A stretch of DNA of 64,000 bases, taken from an uncultured Chloroflexia bacterium. GTDB lineage: Bacteria; Chloroflexota; Limnocylindria; Limnocylindrales; CSP1-4. Below, in pieces: positions 1 through 10,517 of this stretch. The translations under genes were made by a program, and so were the position numbers. The stretch spans positions 933,589 to 997,588 of the forward strand of contig CAVVAV010000003.1 in NCBI GenBank assembly GCA_963746405.1, in the 5' to 3' direction. Every line of letters begins with the position of its first letter. Positions within the stretch are counted from its first letter, which is position 1. A model generated the notes under the pieces. The model was given only the letters and a program-made list of their open reading frames with translations. It searched no databases and was not told where the DNA came from.

Positions 1-69
1 ATGGCCCGTCGTACCTCGCTGTCGTGCTAACGTAGTAGCGTGCTAAAACGCTAACACGGTGACACGACG

Positions 70-801
70 GTGGCAAGCGGCTTCGACATCCTCGCGGCGA
101 TCGACATTCGGGGCGGGCGCGTGGTTCGCCTGCAGCAAGGCGACTTCGAGCGCGAGACGACCTTCGCCGACGACCCAGCCGTGGTGGCGCGATCCTTCGC
201 CGATGCGGGGGCGCGGTGGCTTCACGTCGTTGATCTCGATGGAGCGCGGACCGGGGAACCGGCACATACCGGGCTGATCCAGGACCTCGCGGAGGACATC
301 GGCGGGCGTGTCGCCGTCGAAGCCGCGGGGGGTCTGCGCACGGCCAACGCCGTGTCGACGGTCCTCGCTGCCGGAGCGCGACGAGCCGTCGTCGGCACTG
401 CGGCACTCCGCGATCCCCAATTCGCCGGCTACCTGGTCGGGACCCACGGCGCCGACCGCATCGTCGTCGCGCTGGACGTCCGAGACGGCCTTGCCCTCGG
501 GGAGGGGTGGCGGGCCGGTGCCGGCGGCGTCCGGGCCGAGGACGCGCTGGTCGCACTCGCCGACCAGGGCGTGACGACGTTCGAGGCGACCGCGATCGAT
601 CGGGACGGCCTGCTCGGTGGCCCGGACCTCGACCTCCTTGGTCGACTGATCGCCTTGGGTCGTGGCGCCGTCATCGCGTCCGGCGGCATCGCCTCGCTCG
701 ACGACATCGAGGCCGTCAGGTCGATCGGCTGCGCCGGCGCGATCGTCGGTCGGGCGCTGTACGAAGGCCGGATCGACCTCGGTCGGGCCTTGCGGACGTA
801 A
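70..801 (+). CDS. hisA: Phosphoribosylformimino-AICAR isomerase HisA/PriA
   Basis: ORF 243 aa; N-term FDILAAIDIRGGRVVRL and GG(I/L) phosphate-binding motifs typical of HisA (TIM barrel). Confidence 0.85.
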   Translation: MASGFDILAAIDIRGGRVVRLQQGDFERETTFADDPAVVARSFADAGARWLHVVDLDGARTGEPAHTGLIQDLAEDIGGRVAVEAAGGLRTANAVSTVLAAGARRAVVGTAALRDPQFAGYLVGTHGADRIVVALDVRDGLALGEGWRAGAGGVRAEDALVALADQGVTTFEATAIDRDGLLGGPDLDLLGRLIALGRGAVIASGGIASLDDIEAVRSIGCAGAIVGRALYEGRIDLGRALRT

Positions 802-809
802 CGACCCGG

Positions 810-2900
810 TCAGCGGCCGTGGCCGCCCGATCCGTCGCTCGCCTTGCGGTGCTCCTCGATGACCTTCTCGGCGAGGTGACCGGGCACGTCCTCGTAGTGG
901 TCGAGGACCGCCGTGAACGAGCCACGCCCGTGCGCCAGCGAGCGCAGCTCCGTGGCGTAGGAGAACAGCTCGGCCTGCGGGACGTGGGCCGTGATGATCT
1001 GGTCGCCGCCGTCGGTGTCCATGCCGAGGACGCGACCTCGCTTGCCGTTGAGGTCGCGGTTGACCTCGCCCATGTACTGATCCGGTACCCGGATCTCGAC
1101 CGCCATGATCGGCTCCATCAGGGCCGGCTTGGCCTGGTGAACGCCGTCCTTGAGCGCCATCGACGCCGCGATCTTGAACGACAGCTCATTGGAATCGACG
1201 GGGTGGAACGACCCGTCGTACAGGGTGGCCTTGAAGTCGGAGAGCGGATAGCCGGCGATGACGCCTTCGGCGGCGGCCTCGCGAATGCCCTTCTCGACGC
1301 CCGCGAAGAACCCCTTCGGCACGGAGCCGCCGACGACCTTCTCGGCGAATTCGACGCCGGCTCCCGGGTTGGGCTCGAGCTCCAGCCACACGTCCCCGAA
1401 CATCCCGTGGCCGCCGGTCTGCTTCTTGTACCGGCCGTGGACCTTCGTCGTGCCGCGGATGGTCTCCTTGTAGGGCACCTTCGGGGTGTGGGTCGTGATC
1501 GCGGCCCCGAACTTGCGCTTGAGCCGCTCGATGATGACCGCGGTGTGGGCCTCGCCCATGGTCCGAAGGATCTGTTCGCCGGTCTCGGAGCGTTCCAGGC
1601 GCGCGGTCGGCTCTTCCTCGAGCATCCGGGCGAGGGCCGGGCCCATCTTGTCGAGGTCCTGCTTGGACACGGGCTCGATGGCGACGACCAGCGACGGTGC
1701 CGGGAACTCGAGCGGCGGCAGCCGCAGCGGTCGCTCCTTGGTCGCCAAGGTGTCGCCGGTCTCGGTGACCGACAGCTTCGCGACGGCGCCGATCTCGCCC
1801 GCCTTGAGCTCGCCGATGGCTTCCTGCTCCTTGCCATGCAGCAGGAGCAGCTGGCCGATCCGTTCGTCCTCGTCGCGCGTCGTGTTCCAGACATGCGCCT
1901 GGGAGTGCATCGTTCCCGACAGGACGCGCAGATAGGTCAACCGACCGACGAACGGGTCGGCGGTCGTCTTGAACACGCGGACGAGCAACGGGCCCTTCTC
2001 GTCCGCCGGGATCTCGACGTCGGCCCCGCCCTTGTCGGTGGCGACGACCGGTGCCTCGTCGGCCGGGGAGGGGAGGTAGCGGACGATCGCGTCGAGCAGG
2101 CTGCGCAGGCCGATGCCCTTGGCAGCCGATCCGACGAGGACCGGCGCGAGCACGCTCTCCTTGACGCCCTTGCGCAGGCACGCCTCGAGCTCGGGGTCCG
2201 AGACGTCCTCGCCGTCGAGGTACTTGACCAGGACGTCGTCGTCCGCCTCGGCCGCGGCCGCGAGCAGCTGGTCGCGACGCATCGCGACCTCGTCGGCGAG
2301 CTCCTCGGGGATCGGGATCTCGACTTCCTTCGAGCCATCCCACTGGAAGGCCTTGCGATGGACGAGGTCGATGTAGCCGGTGAAGGACTCCGCCGCACCG
2401 ATCGCGATCTGGAGCGGCGCGATCTTCTCGCCGAACGTCGCCCGGAGGGCGTCGAGCGCCGCCGTCGGGTCGGCGTTCTCCCGGTCGGCCTTGTTGATGA
2501 AGAAGCAGGCCGCCGTGCCGGTCCTACGCCCCAGGCCGACGGCCTGTTCGAGGCCGGATCCGATGCCGGCGGAGGCGTCCATGACGAACAGCGCACCGTC
2601 CGCGGCGGCGAAGCCCTCGATCATGTCGGCCACGAAGTCCGGGTAGCCCGGCGTGTCGACGAGCGAGATCCGCGTGCCGTCGTGTTCGAACGTGCCGACC
2701 GCGAGGCTCAGCGACTCGCGGCGCTTCTGCTCCTCGGGCTCGAAGTCCAGATGGGCACTGCCGTCGTCCACGCGACCGAGTCGGGGGATCGCCCCGGCGC
2801 TGTGCAGCAGCTGCTCTGCCAGCGTCGTCTTGCCGCCGCCGGCATGGCCGACCAGGACGACGCTTCGGAGGTGGGGCAGGTCGACGCTCTTCATCGTCAT
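810..2900 (-). CDS. Elongation factor G-like translational GTPase (EF-G paralog)
   Basis: ORF 717 aa; G1 motif VGHAGGGKTTL, DTPG, NKxD, EF-G domain II-V-like sequence; likely start at MTMK (2900) preceded by GGAGG; convergent with hisA. Confidence 0.85.
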   Translation of the reverse strand: MTMKSVDLPHLRSVVLVGHAGGGKTTLAEQLLHSAGAIPRLGRVDDGSAHLDFEPEEQKRRESLSLAVGTFEHDGTRISLVDTPGYPDFVADMIEGFAAADGALFVMDASAGIGSGLEQAVGLGRRTGTAACFFINKADRENADPTAALDALRATFGEKIAPLQIAIGAAESFTGYIDLVHRKAFQWDGSKEVEIPIPEELADEVAMRRDQLLAAAAEADDDVLVKYLDGEDVSDPELEACLRKGVKESVLAPVLVGSAAKGIGLRSLLDAIVRYLPSPADEAPVVATDKGGADVEIPADEKGPLLVRVFKTTADPFVGRLTYLRVLSGTMHSQAHVWNTTRDEDERIGQLLLLHGKEQEAIGELKAGEIGAVAKLSVTETGDTLATKERPLRLPPLEFPAPSLVVAIEPVSKQDLDKMGPALARMLEEEPTARLERSETGEQILRTMGEAHTAVIIERLKRKFGAAITTHTPKVPYKETIRGTTKVHGRYKKQTGGHGMFGDVWLELEPNPGAGVEFAEKVVGGSVPKGFFAGVEKGIREAAAEGVIAGYPLSDFKATLYDGSFHPVDSNELSFKIAASMALKDGVHQAKPALMEPIMAVEIRVPDQYMGEVNRDLNGKRGRVLGMDTDGGDQIITAHVPQAELFSYATELRSLAHGRGSFTAVLDHYEDVPGHLAEKVIEEHRKASDGSGGHGR

Positions 2901-2989
2901 CGGGCCAGACGTTCCTCCTGTGAAAGGGGTGCGACCGGGGGCCGGGGCGAGGGGTCCGGCCATGATAGTCGGCTATACTCCGGCCCGCG

Positions 2990-3742
2990 ATGTCAGGTCA
3001 TAGCAAGTGGTCCACGATCAAGCGCCAGAAGGGCGTCACCGACGCCAAGCGCGGCGCACTCTTCACGAAGGTCGCGCGCGAGATCAGCGTCGCGGCACGA
3101 CAGGGTGGCGGGGACCCGGACGCCAACTACCGGCTACGCCTCGCGATCGAGAAGGCGCGCTCGGTGAACATGCCGTCCGACAACATCAAGCGGACGATCG
3201 ACAAGGCGACCGGCGGCGGCGAGGCCGACGAGTACGAGGAGATCGTCTACGAGGGCTACGGTCCCGGCGGCGTGGCTGTCCTCGTGGAGGCCCAGACCGA
3301 CAACCGCAACCGGACCGCCGCGGAGGTCCGCTCGATGTTCGCCAAGAGCGGCGGCCAGCTGGCCGGCTCCGGCGCCGTCGCCTGGCAGTTCGAGCCGCGC
3401 GGCCTCATCACCGTGCCGCGGGGCGGGCTCGACCCCGACGAGGTGACGCTCACGGCCATCGACGCGGGGGCGGAGGACGTCGACACCGAGGACGACGAGT
3501 CGATCGAGGTGTACACGACGCCGGGCGAGCTCGAAGCCGTGCGGGCGGCGCTCGAGGGCGCCGGTGTGCCGGTCGAGTCCGCCGAGGCGACGATGGTCGC
3601 CAGGCAGACCGTCGAGCTGGACGCCGCCAAGGCGCGCCAGGCGCTGCGGCTCATCGAGGCGCTCGAGGAGCTCGAGGACGTGTCGCGGGTGACCGCCAAC
3701 TTCGACATCCCCGAGGAAGTCTTCGCCGAGGTCGCCGGGTGA
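2990..3742 (+). CDS. yebC: YebC/PmpR family DNA-binding transcriptional regulator
   Basis: 250 aa; canonical N-term MSGHSKWSTIKRQKG; conserved yebC-ruvCAB context. Confidence 0.9.
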   Translation: MSGHSKWSTIKRQKGVTDAKRGALFTKVAREISVAARQGGGDPDANYRLRLAIEKARSVNMPSDNIKRTIDKATGGGEADEYEEIVYEGYGPGGVAVLVEAQTDNRNRTAAEVRSMFAKSGGQLAGSGAVAWQFEPRGLITVPRGGLDPDEVTLTAIDAGAEDVDTEDDESIEVYTTPGELEAVRAALEGAGVPVESAEATMVARQTVELDAAKARQALRLIEALEELEDVSRVTANFDIPEEVFAEVAG

Positions 3743-4356
3743 TCGTCCTGGGCATCGACCCGGGGACGGCGGCGCTGGGATACGGGATCGTCGAGGCGAC
3801 CCGAGGCCGCGTGCGCGAGGTCGATCACGGCTGCCTCGAGACCTCGCCGGACCTGTCGCTGCCCGAGCGCCTGCTCCAGATCCACACGCTGGTCGACGAC
3901 CTGATCGTGCTGCATCAGCCGCAACTCGTCGCGGTCGAGCGACTCTTCTTCTCGAAGAACGCCCAGACGGCCTTCGCGGTCGGGCAAGCCAGGGGCGTCG
4001 TCCTGCTGGCGGCGGCCCAGCATGGCGCGGCGGTCCGCGAGGCCACCCCGAACGAAGTCAAGAGCGCCATCGCGGGCTACGGGGCAGCCGACAAGGAGCA
4101 GGTTCAGCGCATGGTCCAGGTCGTCCTGGGCATGACCGAGCGGCCCCGACCCGATGACGCGGCCGATGCCCTCGCGGTCGCGGTCTGGGCGGCCAACTCG
4201 GAGGGATCCACCCTTGGCGCGGCGACGGCCGCCGTGATGGACCGCGCCGCGGTGGCGCCGATCACGCGCGGCGGCTCCGGCTACGAGCGGGCCGTGCGCG
4301 AGGCGATCGCCCGGGAGAAGGCCGAGGCACTCGCCACGAAGCGCAACGCGTCGTAG
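3739..4356 (+). CDS. ruvC: Holliday junction resolvase RuvC
   Basis: In-frame segment VIVLGIDPGTAALGYGIV...LVAVERLFF of ORF 3007..4356; GTG start overlaps yebC stop (GTGA). Confidence 0.85.
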   Translation: MIVLGIDPGTAALGYGIVEATRGRVREVDHGCLETSPDLSLPERLLQIHTLVDDLIVLHQPQLVAVERLFFSKNAQTAFAVGQARGVVLLAAAQHGAAVREATPNEVKSAIAGYGAADKEQVQRMVQVVLGMTERPRPDDAADALAVAVWAANSEGSTLGAATAAVMDRAAVAPITRGGSGYERAVREAIAREKAEALATKRNAS

Positions 4357-4363
4357 CGACGAG

Positions 4364-4960
4364 GTGATCGCGTCGGTCGAGGGGGTCGTCGGCGCGATCA
4401 CGACCGATTCGCTCGTCATCGAGGTCGGCGGGATCGGCTACCGGGTCTTCGCCGCACCGGCGATCATCGCGGCCGCCACGGCCGGCGGCCGGCTGAAGCT
4501 CCACACCTACCATCTGGTCCGCGAGGACCAACAGGCGCTCTACGGATTCCGGACGGCCGAGGAGCTCGGCTTCTTCAACCTGCTGCTGACCGTCAACAGC
4601 GTCGGCCCGAAGGTGGCGCTGGCCATCGTCGGATCACGCCCGATCGCCGACCTGCAGCTCGCGATCATGACCGCCGACCAGGCCGTGCTCGTGTCGATCC
4701 CCGGGATCGGCCGCAAGCTTGCGGAACGGATCATCTTCGAGCTCAAGGAGAAGGTCGCGGCGGCCGGTGTCGCCGCGCTCGGTCCCGATGGCAAGGGCGG
4801 CGCCGCGGGCGAGGGCGAGATCGTCGCCGCGCTCCAGGCCCTCGGGTACTCGCTGGCCGAGGCGCGCGAGGCGTCCCGGACCGCGCTGGCCGACGTCGGC
4901 GTGGGCAGCGATCTCGAGGAGCGGGTCAAGGCCGCGTTGCGGAGCCTCCTGCGCGACTGA
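4364..4960 (+). CDS. ruvA: Holliday junction DNA helicase RuvA
   Basis: 198 aa; MIASVEGVV...GIGYRVF, HhH motifs IPGIGRKLAERI. Confidence 0.9.
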   Translation: MIASVEGVVGAITTDSLVIEVGGIGYRVFAAPAIIAAATAGGRLKLHTYHLVREDQQALYGFRTAEELGFFNLLLTVNSVGPKVALAIVGSRPIADLQLAIMTADQAVLVSIPGIGRKLAERIIFELKEKVAAAGVAALGPDGKGGAAGEGEIVAALQALGYSLAEAREASRTALADVGVGSDLEERVKAALRSLLRD

Positions 4961-4997
4961 CCGACAGTCGAACATCCGTGCGAAATAGGCGCGGGCT

Positions 4998-6092
4998 GTG
5001 CTACCATCCGGCCCGATGGTCGACGACGTCTCCCGCATCCTGTCAGGCGACATCGAGGACGAGGCGGACCTCGTCGTCGAGGGCTCGCTCCGACCACGGT
5101 CGCTCGCCGAATACATCGGCCAGCACGAGGTCAAGGCCAATCTTTCGGTGCTCCTGCAGGCGGCAAAGGGCAGGGGAGAGGCGGCCGACCACATCCTTCT
5201 GTACGGGCCGCCAGGCCTCGGCAAGACGACGCTCGCGACGATCGTCGCCCGCGAGCTCGGGGTCAACGTCCGCTACACGTCGGGCCCCGCGATCGAGCGG
5301 GCCGGCGACCTCGCCGCGATCCTCACCTCGCTCGACGAGCGCGACGTCCTCTTCATCGACGAGGTCCACCGCCTGAATCGCGCGGTGGAGGAGATCCTCT
5401 ATCCCGCGATGGAGGACTACGCGCTCGACGTGATGATCGGGAAGGGGCCCTCGGCGCGGAGCCTGCGCCTCAGCCTGAAGCCGTTCACGATCGTCGGCGC
5501 GACGACCCGGGCGGGCCGCATCAGCTCCCCGTTGCGTGACCGGTTCGGCGCCACGTACCGGCTCGATTTCTATACGGATGACGAGCTCGCGTCGATCGTC
5601 CGGCGCTCGGCCGAGATCCTGGGGGTCACCATCGACGGGGCCGCGGTCGGGGCCATCGCGCGGCGCGGCCGGGGGACGCCACGGATCGTCAACCGGCTCC
5701 TCAAGCGGGTCCGCGACAATGCCGAGGTCCATGGGGACGGCCGCGTGGACGAGGCGACGGCGCGCTCGGCGATGCGGATGATGGAGATCGACGACGAGGG
5801 GCTCGACTCGGCCGACCGCAAACTGCTGGCCGCGATCGTCCAGAAGTTCGCCTCCGGCCCGGTCGGGGTCGCCGCGCTCGCGGCGGTCCTGTCGGAGGAG
5901 ACCGACACCATCGAGGACGTCCACGAGCCGTTCCTGCTCCGCCTCGGGTTCATCGACCGGACGCCGCAGGGCCGGATCGCCACGGACCTCGGCCGCGCAC
6001 ACCTCTCCGGGCTGGGCTACGAGATCCCGCCGCCGCGTCGATCGGATCCGGACATGGTCGGCCTGTGGGACGACGGATCGAGCCGGGAGTGA
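4998..6092 (+). CDS. ruvB: Holliday junction branch-migration ATPase RuvB
   Basis: 364 aa; Walker [21 protein letters not shown]; alternative start ATG 5016. Confidence 0.92.
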   Translation: MLPSGPMVDDVSRILSGDIEDEADLVVEGSLRPRSLAEYIGQHEVKANLSVLLQAAKGRGEAADHILLYGPPGLGKTTLATIVARELGVNVRYTSGPAIERAGDLAAILTSLDERDVLFIDEVHRLNRAVEEILYPAMEDYALDVMIGKGPSARSLRLSLKPFTIVGATTRAGRISSPLRDRFGATYRLDFYTDDELASIVRRSAEILGVTIDGAAVGAIARRGRGTPRIVNRLLKRVRDNAEVHGDGRVDEATARSAMRMMEIDDEGLDSADRKLLAAIVQKFASGPVGVAALAAVLSEETDTIEDVHEPFLLRLGFIDRTPQGRIATDLGRAHLSGLGYEIPPPRRSDPDMVGLWDDGSSRE

Positions 6093-7273
6093 CCGACAGC
6101 GCGACCGTCTTCCACGGCCGTGTGGCCCGCTACGAGGTCGAGGTCCCACCGCCCGCGGATGGATCGACCCGAGCCCGGGCCGGCCGGCTGACGCTGCCCC
6201 ACGGCGAGGTCGAGACACCGCAGTTCATGCCCGTCGGCACGAACGCCACGGTCAAGGCGCTGACGCCGGACGACCTGCGCGACGCGGGGGCCTCGATCAT
6301 CCTGAGCAACACCTACCACCTCTACCTGCGGCCCGGCCACGAGCGCATCGCGCGGCTCGGCGGCCTGCACCGGTTCATGGACTGGGACCGGCCGATCCTG
6401 ACCGACTCGGGCGGCTTCCAGGTCGTGTCGCTGGGGGACCTGCGCGTTGTCGACGAGGACGGCGTCACCTTCCGCTCGCACCTGGACGGGTCGATCCACC
6501 GGTTCACGCCCGAGCATGCGACGGCCGTGCAGGAGGCATTGGGCGCCGACATCGCCGTCGCCTTCGATCAGCCGGTCTACCCGAGCTCGCCGGTCGAGGT
6601 CGTCGCCGAGGCGACCGCCCGCACCCACCGCTGGGCGGAGCGCTCGCTCGCGGCACACACGCGCCAGGACCAGGCCATGTTCGGGATCGTCCAGGGCGGG
6701 CTGGACCCCGAGCTGCGCGCGGACTCGACACGGTTCATCGCGAGCCTCCCGTTCGACGGGATCTGCATCGGCGGCCTCGCCGGCGACGAGACGCCCGAGC
6801 AGCGGGACGCGGCGCTCGACGTGGCCATCCCGCTGCTGGCGGACGACCCGCGGCCCCGCTATCTCATGGGGCTCGGCTCGCCGGCGGACCTGCTCGAGGC
6901 GGTCCACCGCGGCGTCGACCTGTTCGACAGCGTGCTCCCCGCGCGGGTGGCGCGAAACGGGCAGCTGTGGGTTCCCGGCGGCCGGCTGAATCTGCGCAAT
7001 CGAACCCACCTCGACGACCCGGCGCCCGTCCAGGAGGACTGCCCGTGCCTCCTCTGCCGGCGGTTCTCGCGCGCCTACCTGGCCCACCTGTTCCGGGCCA
7101 AGGAGCTCCTCGCGTACCGCCTCGCGACTTGTCACAACCTGACCTTCACCCTAGACTTCATGGTCAGGATCCGCGCCTCGATCCGGGCCGGAACGTTCCC
7201 CGCTGACATGCCTGATCTGCGCTCGCGCGCGGGCCGGGTGAGCGGTGGTGAAGTCGCGGAGCAGTCCGCGTGA
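6089..7273 (+). CDS. tgt: Queuine tRNA-ribosyltransferase
   Basis: [26 protein letters not shown], Zn-site CxCxxC (CPCLLC); start GTG 6089 overlapping ruvB stop (alt GTG 6065). Confidence 0.88.
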   Translation: MTDSATVFHGRVARYEVEVPPPADGSTRARAGRLTLPHGEVETPQFMPVGTNATVKALTPDDLRDAGASIILSNTYHLYLRPGHERIARLGGLHRFMDWDRPILTDSGGFQVVSLGDLRVVDEDGVTFRSHLDGSIHRFTPEHATAVQEALGADIAVAFDQPVYPSSPVEVVAEATARTHRWAERSLAAHTRQDQAMFGIVQGGLDPELRADSTRFIASLPFDGICIGGLAGDETPEQRDAALDVAIPLLADDPRPRYLMGLGSPADLLEAVHRGVDLFDSVLPARVARNGQLWVPGGRLNLRNRTHLDDPAPVQEDCPCLLCRRFSRAYLAHLFRAKELLAYRLATCHNLTFTLDFMVRIRASIRAGTFPADMPDLRSRAGRVSGGEVAEQSA

Positions 7274-7315
7274 AGGATCGGTCGGTACGCTGCATGACAA
7301 CGCGGAGGCGAAGCG

Positions 7316-7483
7316 ATGGGCTCGCGAGATCGACCTGGCAAGGAGCTCAAGAAGAAGAAGAAAGCCAAGCTGGCCCAGCCGAGCCTGACGCCGCTGTCGG
7401 AGCCCCCGCAGAACGTCGAGGTGATCCGGAAGCCGCGCAAGGAGAAGCCAGTCGTCGTCGAGGACGACACGGAAGAAGGCTGA
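7316..7483 (+). CDS. Small basic hypothetical protein (55 aa, K-rich; not in ORF track)
   Basis: ATG preceded by GGAGG 7 nt upstream; GC3-rich codon usage; MGSRDRPGKELKKKKKAKLAQ...; lies between tgt and recA. Confidence 0.4.
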   Translation: MGSRDRPGKELKKKKKAKLAQPSLTPLSEPPQNVEVIRKPRKEKPVVVEDDTEEG

Positions 7484-7556
7484 TCGACGGGACGGTTGCC
7501 ATCGTGGCCCGCTCCGCTGACCGATCGAGCCGATCGATGAGGAGCGTGACGGACGG

Positions 7557-8612
7557 ATGGCGATGACGGACGAGCGGACAGCGGAGCGAGCGCTCGCGGA
7601 GCGCGGCAAGGCAGTGGATGCCGCGCTGTCCGCGATCGAGAAGCAGTTCGGGCGCGGCGCGATCATGAAGCTCGGCACGGCCGAGCGGCAGGCCGTCGAT
7701 TCGATCCCGACGGGGTCGATCGCGCTCGATCTCGCGCTGGGGGTTGGCGGCATCCCGCGCGGCCGGATCACGGAGATCTTCGGACCGGAGTCGTCGGGCA
7801 AGACCACGGTCTGCCAGCACGTGCTCGCGGAGGCTCAGGCCCGCGGCGGCGTCGTCGCCTTCATCGACGTCGAGCACGCCCTGGACCCCGCCTACGCCCG
7901 CGCCTGCGGCGTCAACGTGGACGAGCTGCTCGTCTCGCAGCCGGACACCGGTGAGCAGGCCCTCGAGATCACGGAGACCCTGATCCGCTCCGGCGGCATC
8001 GATTGCGTCGTGGTCGACTCGGTCGCCGCGCTCGTGCCCCGGGCCGAGATCGAGGGGGAGATGGGCGATTCGTTCGTCGGCATCCAGGCGCGGCTGATGA
8101 GCCAGGCCCTGCGCAAGCTGACCGGCGCCGTGTCGCGCTCCAACACGGCGCTCGTCTTCACGAACCAGCTGCGCGAGAAGATCGGCGTCATGTTCGGCAA
8201 CCCGGAGGTCACGCCGGGGGGTCGCGCGCTGAAGTTCTACGCCTCCGTCAGGCTGGACATCCGCCGCGTGGAGACCATCAAGACCGGCACCGAATCGGTC
8301 GGTAACCGTGCCCGGGTCAAGGTCGTCAAGAACAAGGTCGCGGCGCCGTTCCGCGTGGCCGAGTTCGACATCATGTACGGCGAGGGCATCTCCAAGGAGG
8401 GCGGGCTGCTCGACGTCGGCGTGGCGATGGATGTCGTGTCCAAGACCGGCGCGTGGTTCAACTTCGGCGAGATCCGACTCGGCCAGGGACGCGAAGCCTC
8501 CAAGGACTTCCTCAAGACCAGCCCCGAGATCGCGGCGGATATCGATCGCCAGATCCGCGGCAAGATCAACGAGGTCGTGATCCCGGTCGAGGGCATCGAA
8601 GAGGCCGAGTAG
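7557..8612 (+). CDS. recA: Recombinase RecA
   Basis: 351 aa; GPESSGKTT Walker A, full RecA core, no intein. Confidence 0.95.
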   Translation: MAMTDERTAERALAERGKAVDAALSAIEKQFGRGAIMKLGTAERQAVDSIPTGSIALDLALGVGGIPRGRITEIFGPESSGKTTVCQHVLAEAQARGGVVAFIDVEHALDPAYARACGVNVDELLVSQPDTGEQALEITETLIRSGGIDCVVVDSVAALVPRAEIEGEMGDSFVGIQARLMSQALRKLTGAVSRSNTALVFTNQLREKIGVMFGNPEVTPGGRALKFYASVRLDIRRVETIKTGTESVGNRARVKVVKNKVAAPFRVAEFDIMYGEGISKEGGLLDVGVAMDVVSKTGAWFNFGEIRLGQGREASKDFLKTSPEIAADIDRQIRGKINEVVIPVEGIEEAE

Positions 8613-8619
8613 GGCGAGG

Positions 8620-9207
8620 GTGGCGGGCCGTCCAGGGCGCCGGGAGTCATTCGCCGAGCGGCGGGAGCGGCGCGCCGCCATCGACGACCCGGCCGTCGTG
8701 CTCGAGGCAGCCGCGCGATTCCTCGAGGTCCGGTCGCGCTCCGTGTCCGAAGTCCGGCGACGGCTGGGAGGGGCCGGCTATCGCGCGGACCTGGTCGATG
8801 GGGCGATCGCCCGGATGACGGAGCTCGGGATGCTCGATGACGAGGTCTTCGCCCGTGCCTGGGTGGAGTCCCGCGACCGCGCGCGTCCACGCGGTGAGCG
8901 GGCCATCCGCGAGGAGCTGCGGCTGAAGGGCATCGAGCGCGAGATCGTCGACCTCGTCCTGGGCGAGCGGCGCGACCGGGCCCAGACGACCGATCCCGAC
9001 GGCGATGACCCCCCGCCCGTGAGCGCCGACCGGACCGCCGCGGAAAGGCTGCTGGCGAAGAACGCCCGGTCCCTCGCGCGTGTCACGGACCCACGTCGTC
9101 GCCGCCAGCGCGCCTACGCCCTGCTCGCCCGCCATGGGTTCGACCCTGGGACCTGTCGCGACGTCGCGGCCACCCTCATCGACGTCCCGGATGACGCCTC
9201 CGCGTGA
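8620..9207 (+). CDS. recX: RecA regulator RecX
   Basis: 195 aa, immediately downstream of recA, RecX-like helical repeats. Confidence 0.8.
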   Translation: MAGRPGRRESFAERRERRAAIDDPAVVLEAAARFLEVRSRSVSEVRRRLGGAGYRADLVDGAIARMTELGMLDDEVFARAWVESRDRARPRGERAIREELRLKGIEREIVDLVLGERRDRAQTTDPDGDDPPPVSADRTAAERLLAKNARSLARVTDPRRRRQRAYALLARHGFDPGTCRDVAATLIDVPDDASA

Positions 9208-9211
9208 CGCG

Positions 9212-9230
9212 GCGGGTCTGCCAGACCCGC
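9212..9230 (+). terminator. Hairpin GCGGGTCTG-C-CAGACCCGC after recX (no U tract)
   Basis: Perfect 9-bp inverted repeat 5 nt after recX stop. Confidence 0.35.
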
Positions 9231-9457
9231 TTCGGCGTCGGGCTCGGTGACCTGCGGCACCGCACCGTAATGGGCCCGAGCGCTCCCGAACGCATCGCTC
9301 CGGACCAGCGTCCGCCCGGCCGTCCGGTGCGCGGTGCGGACCATGGTCAGGGGACCCGGGCGCGGGACCCCGGTCGATACTCGGACCGAGCCCAGGTGGC
9401 TCGTCGGCATATGCCGGGTCTTCATCTGTAGTCCGGGGCAAGGGAGTACGTGCATCG

Positions 9458-10165
9458 ATGCTGAAACGACGAACCAGGTGGCTTGCCGGGGCGGCGGGGT
9501 TGTTCCTCGTCCTGTCCATGAGCGGAGCCGCCATGGGTGTCACACCGCCCGACGCGGTGCCCGATGTCGATACGACCGCGACGTTCGAGGATGTCGACGG
9601 CAACGGGATCGATGACGATTGCCAGGACGCGGTCGCCGTGGCCGATCCGGATGCCGTCGCCGCCGAGCAGGCGACCGTCGATACCAATGCGGACGGCGTG
9701 ATCTCGACGACCGAAGCGGCGCACAGCAACCGCATCGGCGGGAAGAACTGCAACCACGGCGGGTACGTCAGCTGGATCGCCCATCAGGACGGCTGCGCCG
9801 CCGACCCCACGGAGCCGGTGGCCGAAGCGCCGACCGAGGGCGAGGTCGTGCTCGTCGTCAGTGAGCCGAACGACACCGATCCCGAGGCCACGGATCCCGA
9901 GGCGGTCGTGTGCGACGAGACCGACACGGACGCTGAGGCTGCCAAGAAGGACAAGGACGCAGCGCGGGCCGTCAAGGCAACCCTCAAGGCCGAGCGTGCT
10001 CTGGCCCGTGCGGCCGCGAAGGCCGAGCGAGCCGCTGCCCGCGAGACCAAGCGGTCGGAGCGGGCCGCTGCCCACGACGCGAGGAAGGCCGAGCGCCAGG
10101 CCGCGAAGGCTGCCAAGCAGGCCGAGCGGCACGCCGCAAAGGCCGCCAAGCAGAAGGGCCACTGA
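9458..10165 (+). CDS. Secreted hypothetical protein with K/A/E/R-rich C-terminal repeats
   Basis: Signal peptide MLKRRTRWLAGAAGLFLVLSMSGAAMG; acidic middle; KAERAAA-type repeats. Confidence 0.6.
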   Translation: MLKRRTRWLAGAAGLFLVLSMSGAAMGVTPPDAVPDVDTTATFEDVDGNGIDDDCQDAVAVADPDAVAAEQATVDTNADGVISTTEAAHSNRIGGKNCNHGGYVSWIAHQDGCAADPTEPVAEAPTEGEVVLVVSEPNDTDPEATDPEAVVCDETDTDAEAAKKDKDAARAVKATLKAERALARAAAKAERAAARETKRSERAAAHDARKAERQAAKAAKQAERHAAKAAKQKGH

Positions 10166-10201
10166 CCCGGACGTGACCGGGTTGTGACCAGATCCACGCA
10201 G

Positions 10202-10234
10202 GAGCGGCGTCGCGAGAGCGGCGCCGCTTCTTCG
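10202..10234 (+). terminator. Hairpin AGCGGCG-N12-CGCCGCT followed by TCTTCG
   Basis: Inverted repeat downstream of 9458..10165. Confidence 0.3.
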
Positions 10235-10517
10235 TGTCCGCCCGCCCGCCCCACGTCGTTGCACACATGCACCGTCCCGCGGCCGCTCGGTTGACCCTCC
10301 GAACCGGCGGCCGTAGGCTACGTGGATCGTTCCCGGGCCGCCGTATCGGCGCTCCCGAACTCGAAACACCGGCCGATCAAGTCCTCCGGCAGGGGCCCCG
10401 GACCGTCGATCCGACGGCACGGTGCCGGGTCTGACCTCATTCATGGGTCAGGTCACCTCCCGAGACGAGATCGCGCCTTCGTACACGTGACGCGTCCGGC
10501 CGCATCATCCGGTCCGG

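Noticed and set aside
507-3167. 886-aa plus-strand ORF overlapping the EF-G-like gene
   Set aside because: R/G/A/P-rich, no motifs; antisense artefact typical of high-GC DNA. The opposite strand carries clear GTPase motifs.
3256-4419. 387-aa minus-strand ORF across yebC/ruvC
   Set aside because: Antisense to strongly conserved yebC and ruvC; low-complexity composition.
5043-7135. Long minus-strand ORFs (391 aa, 372 aa) antisense to ruvB and tgt
   Set aside because: R/D/G-rich, no domain signatures; sense strand has canonical RuvB/Tgt.
7274-7556. LexA/Cheo box (GAAC-N4-GTTC) upstream of recA
   Set aside because: No match found in the tgt-recA interval by eye.
8647-9753. 368-aa minus ORF antisense to recX
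   Set aside because: Low-complexity, overlaps recX and an intergenic region; no RBS.
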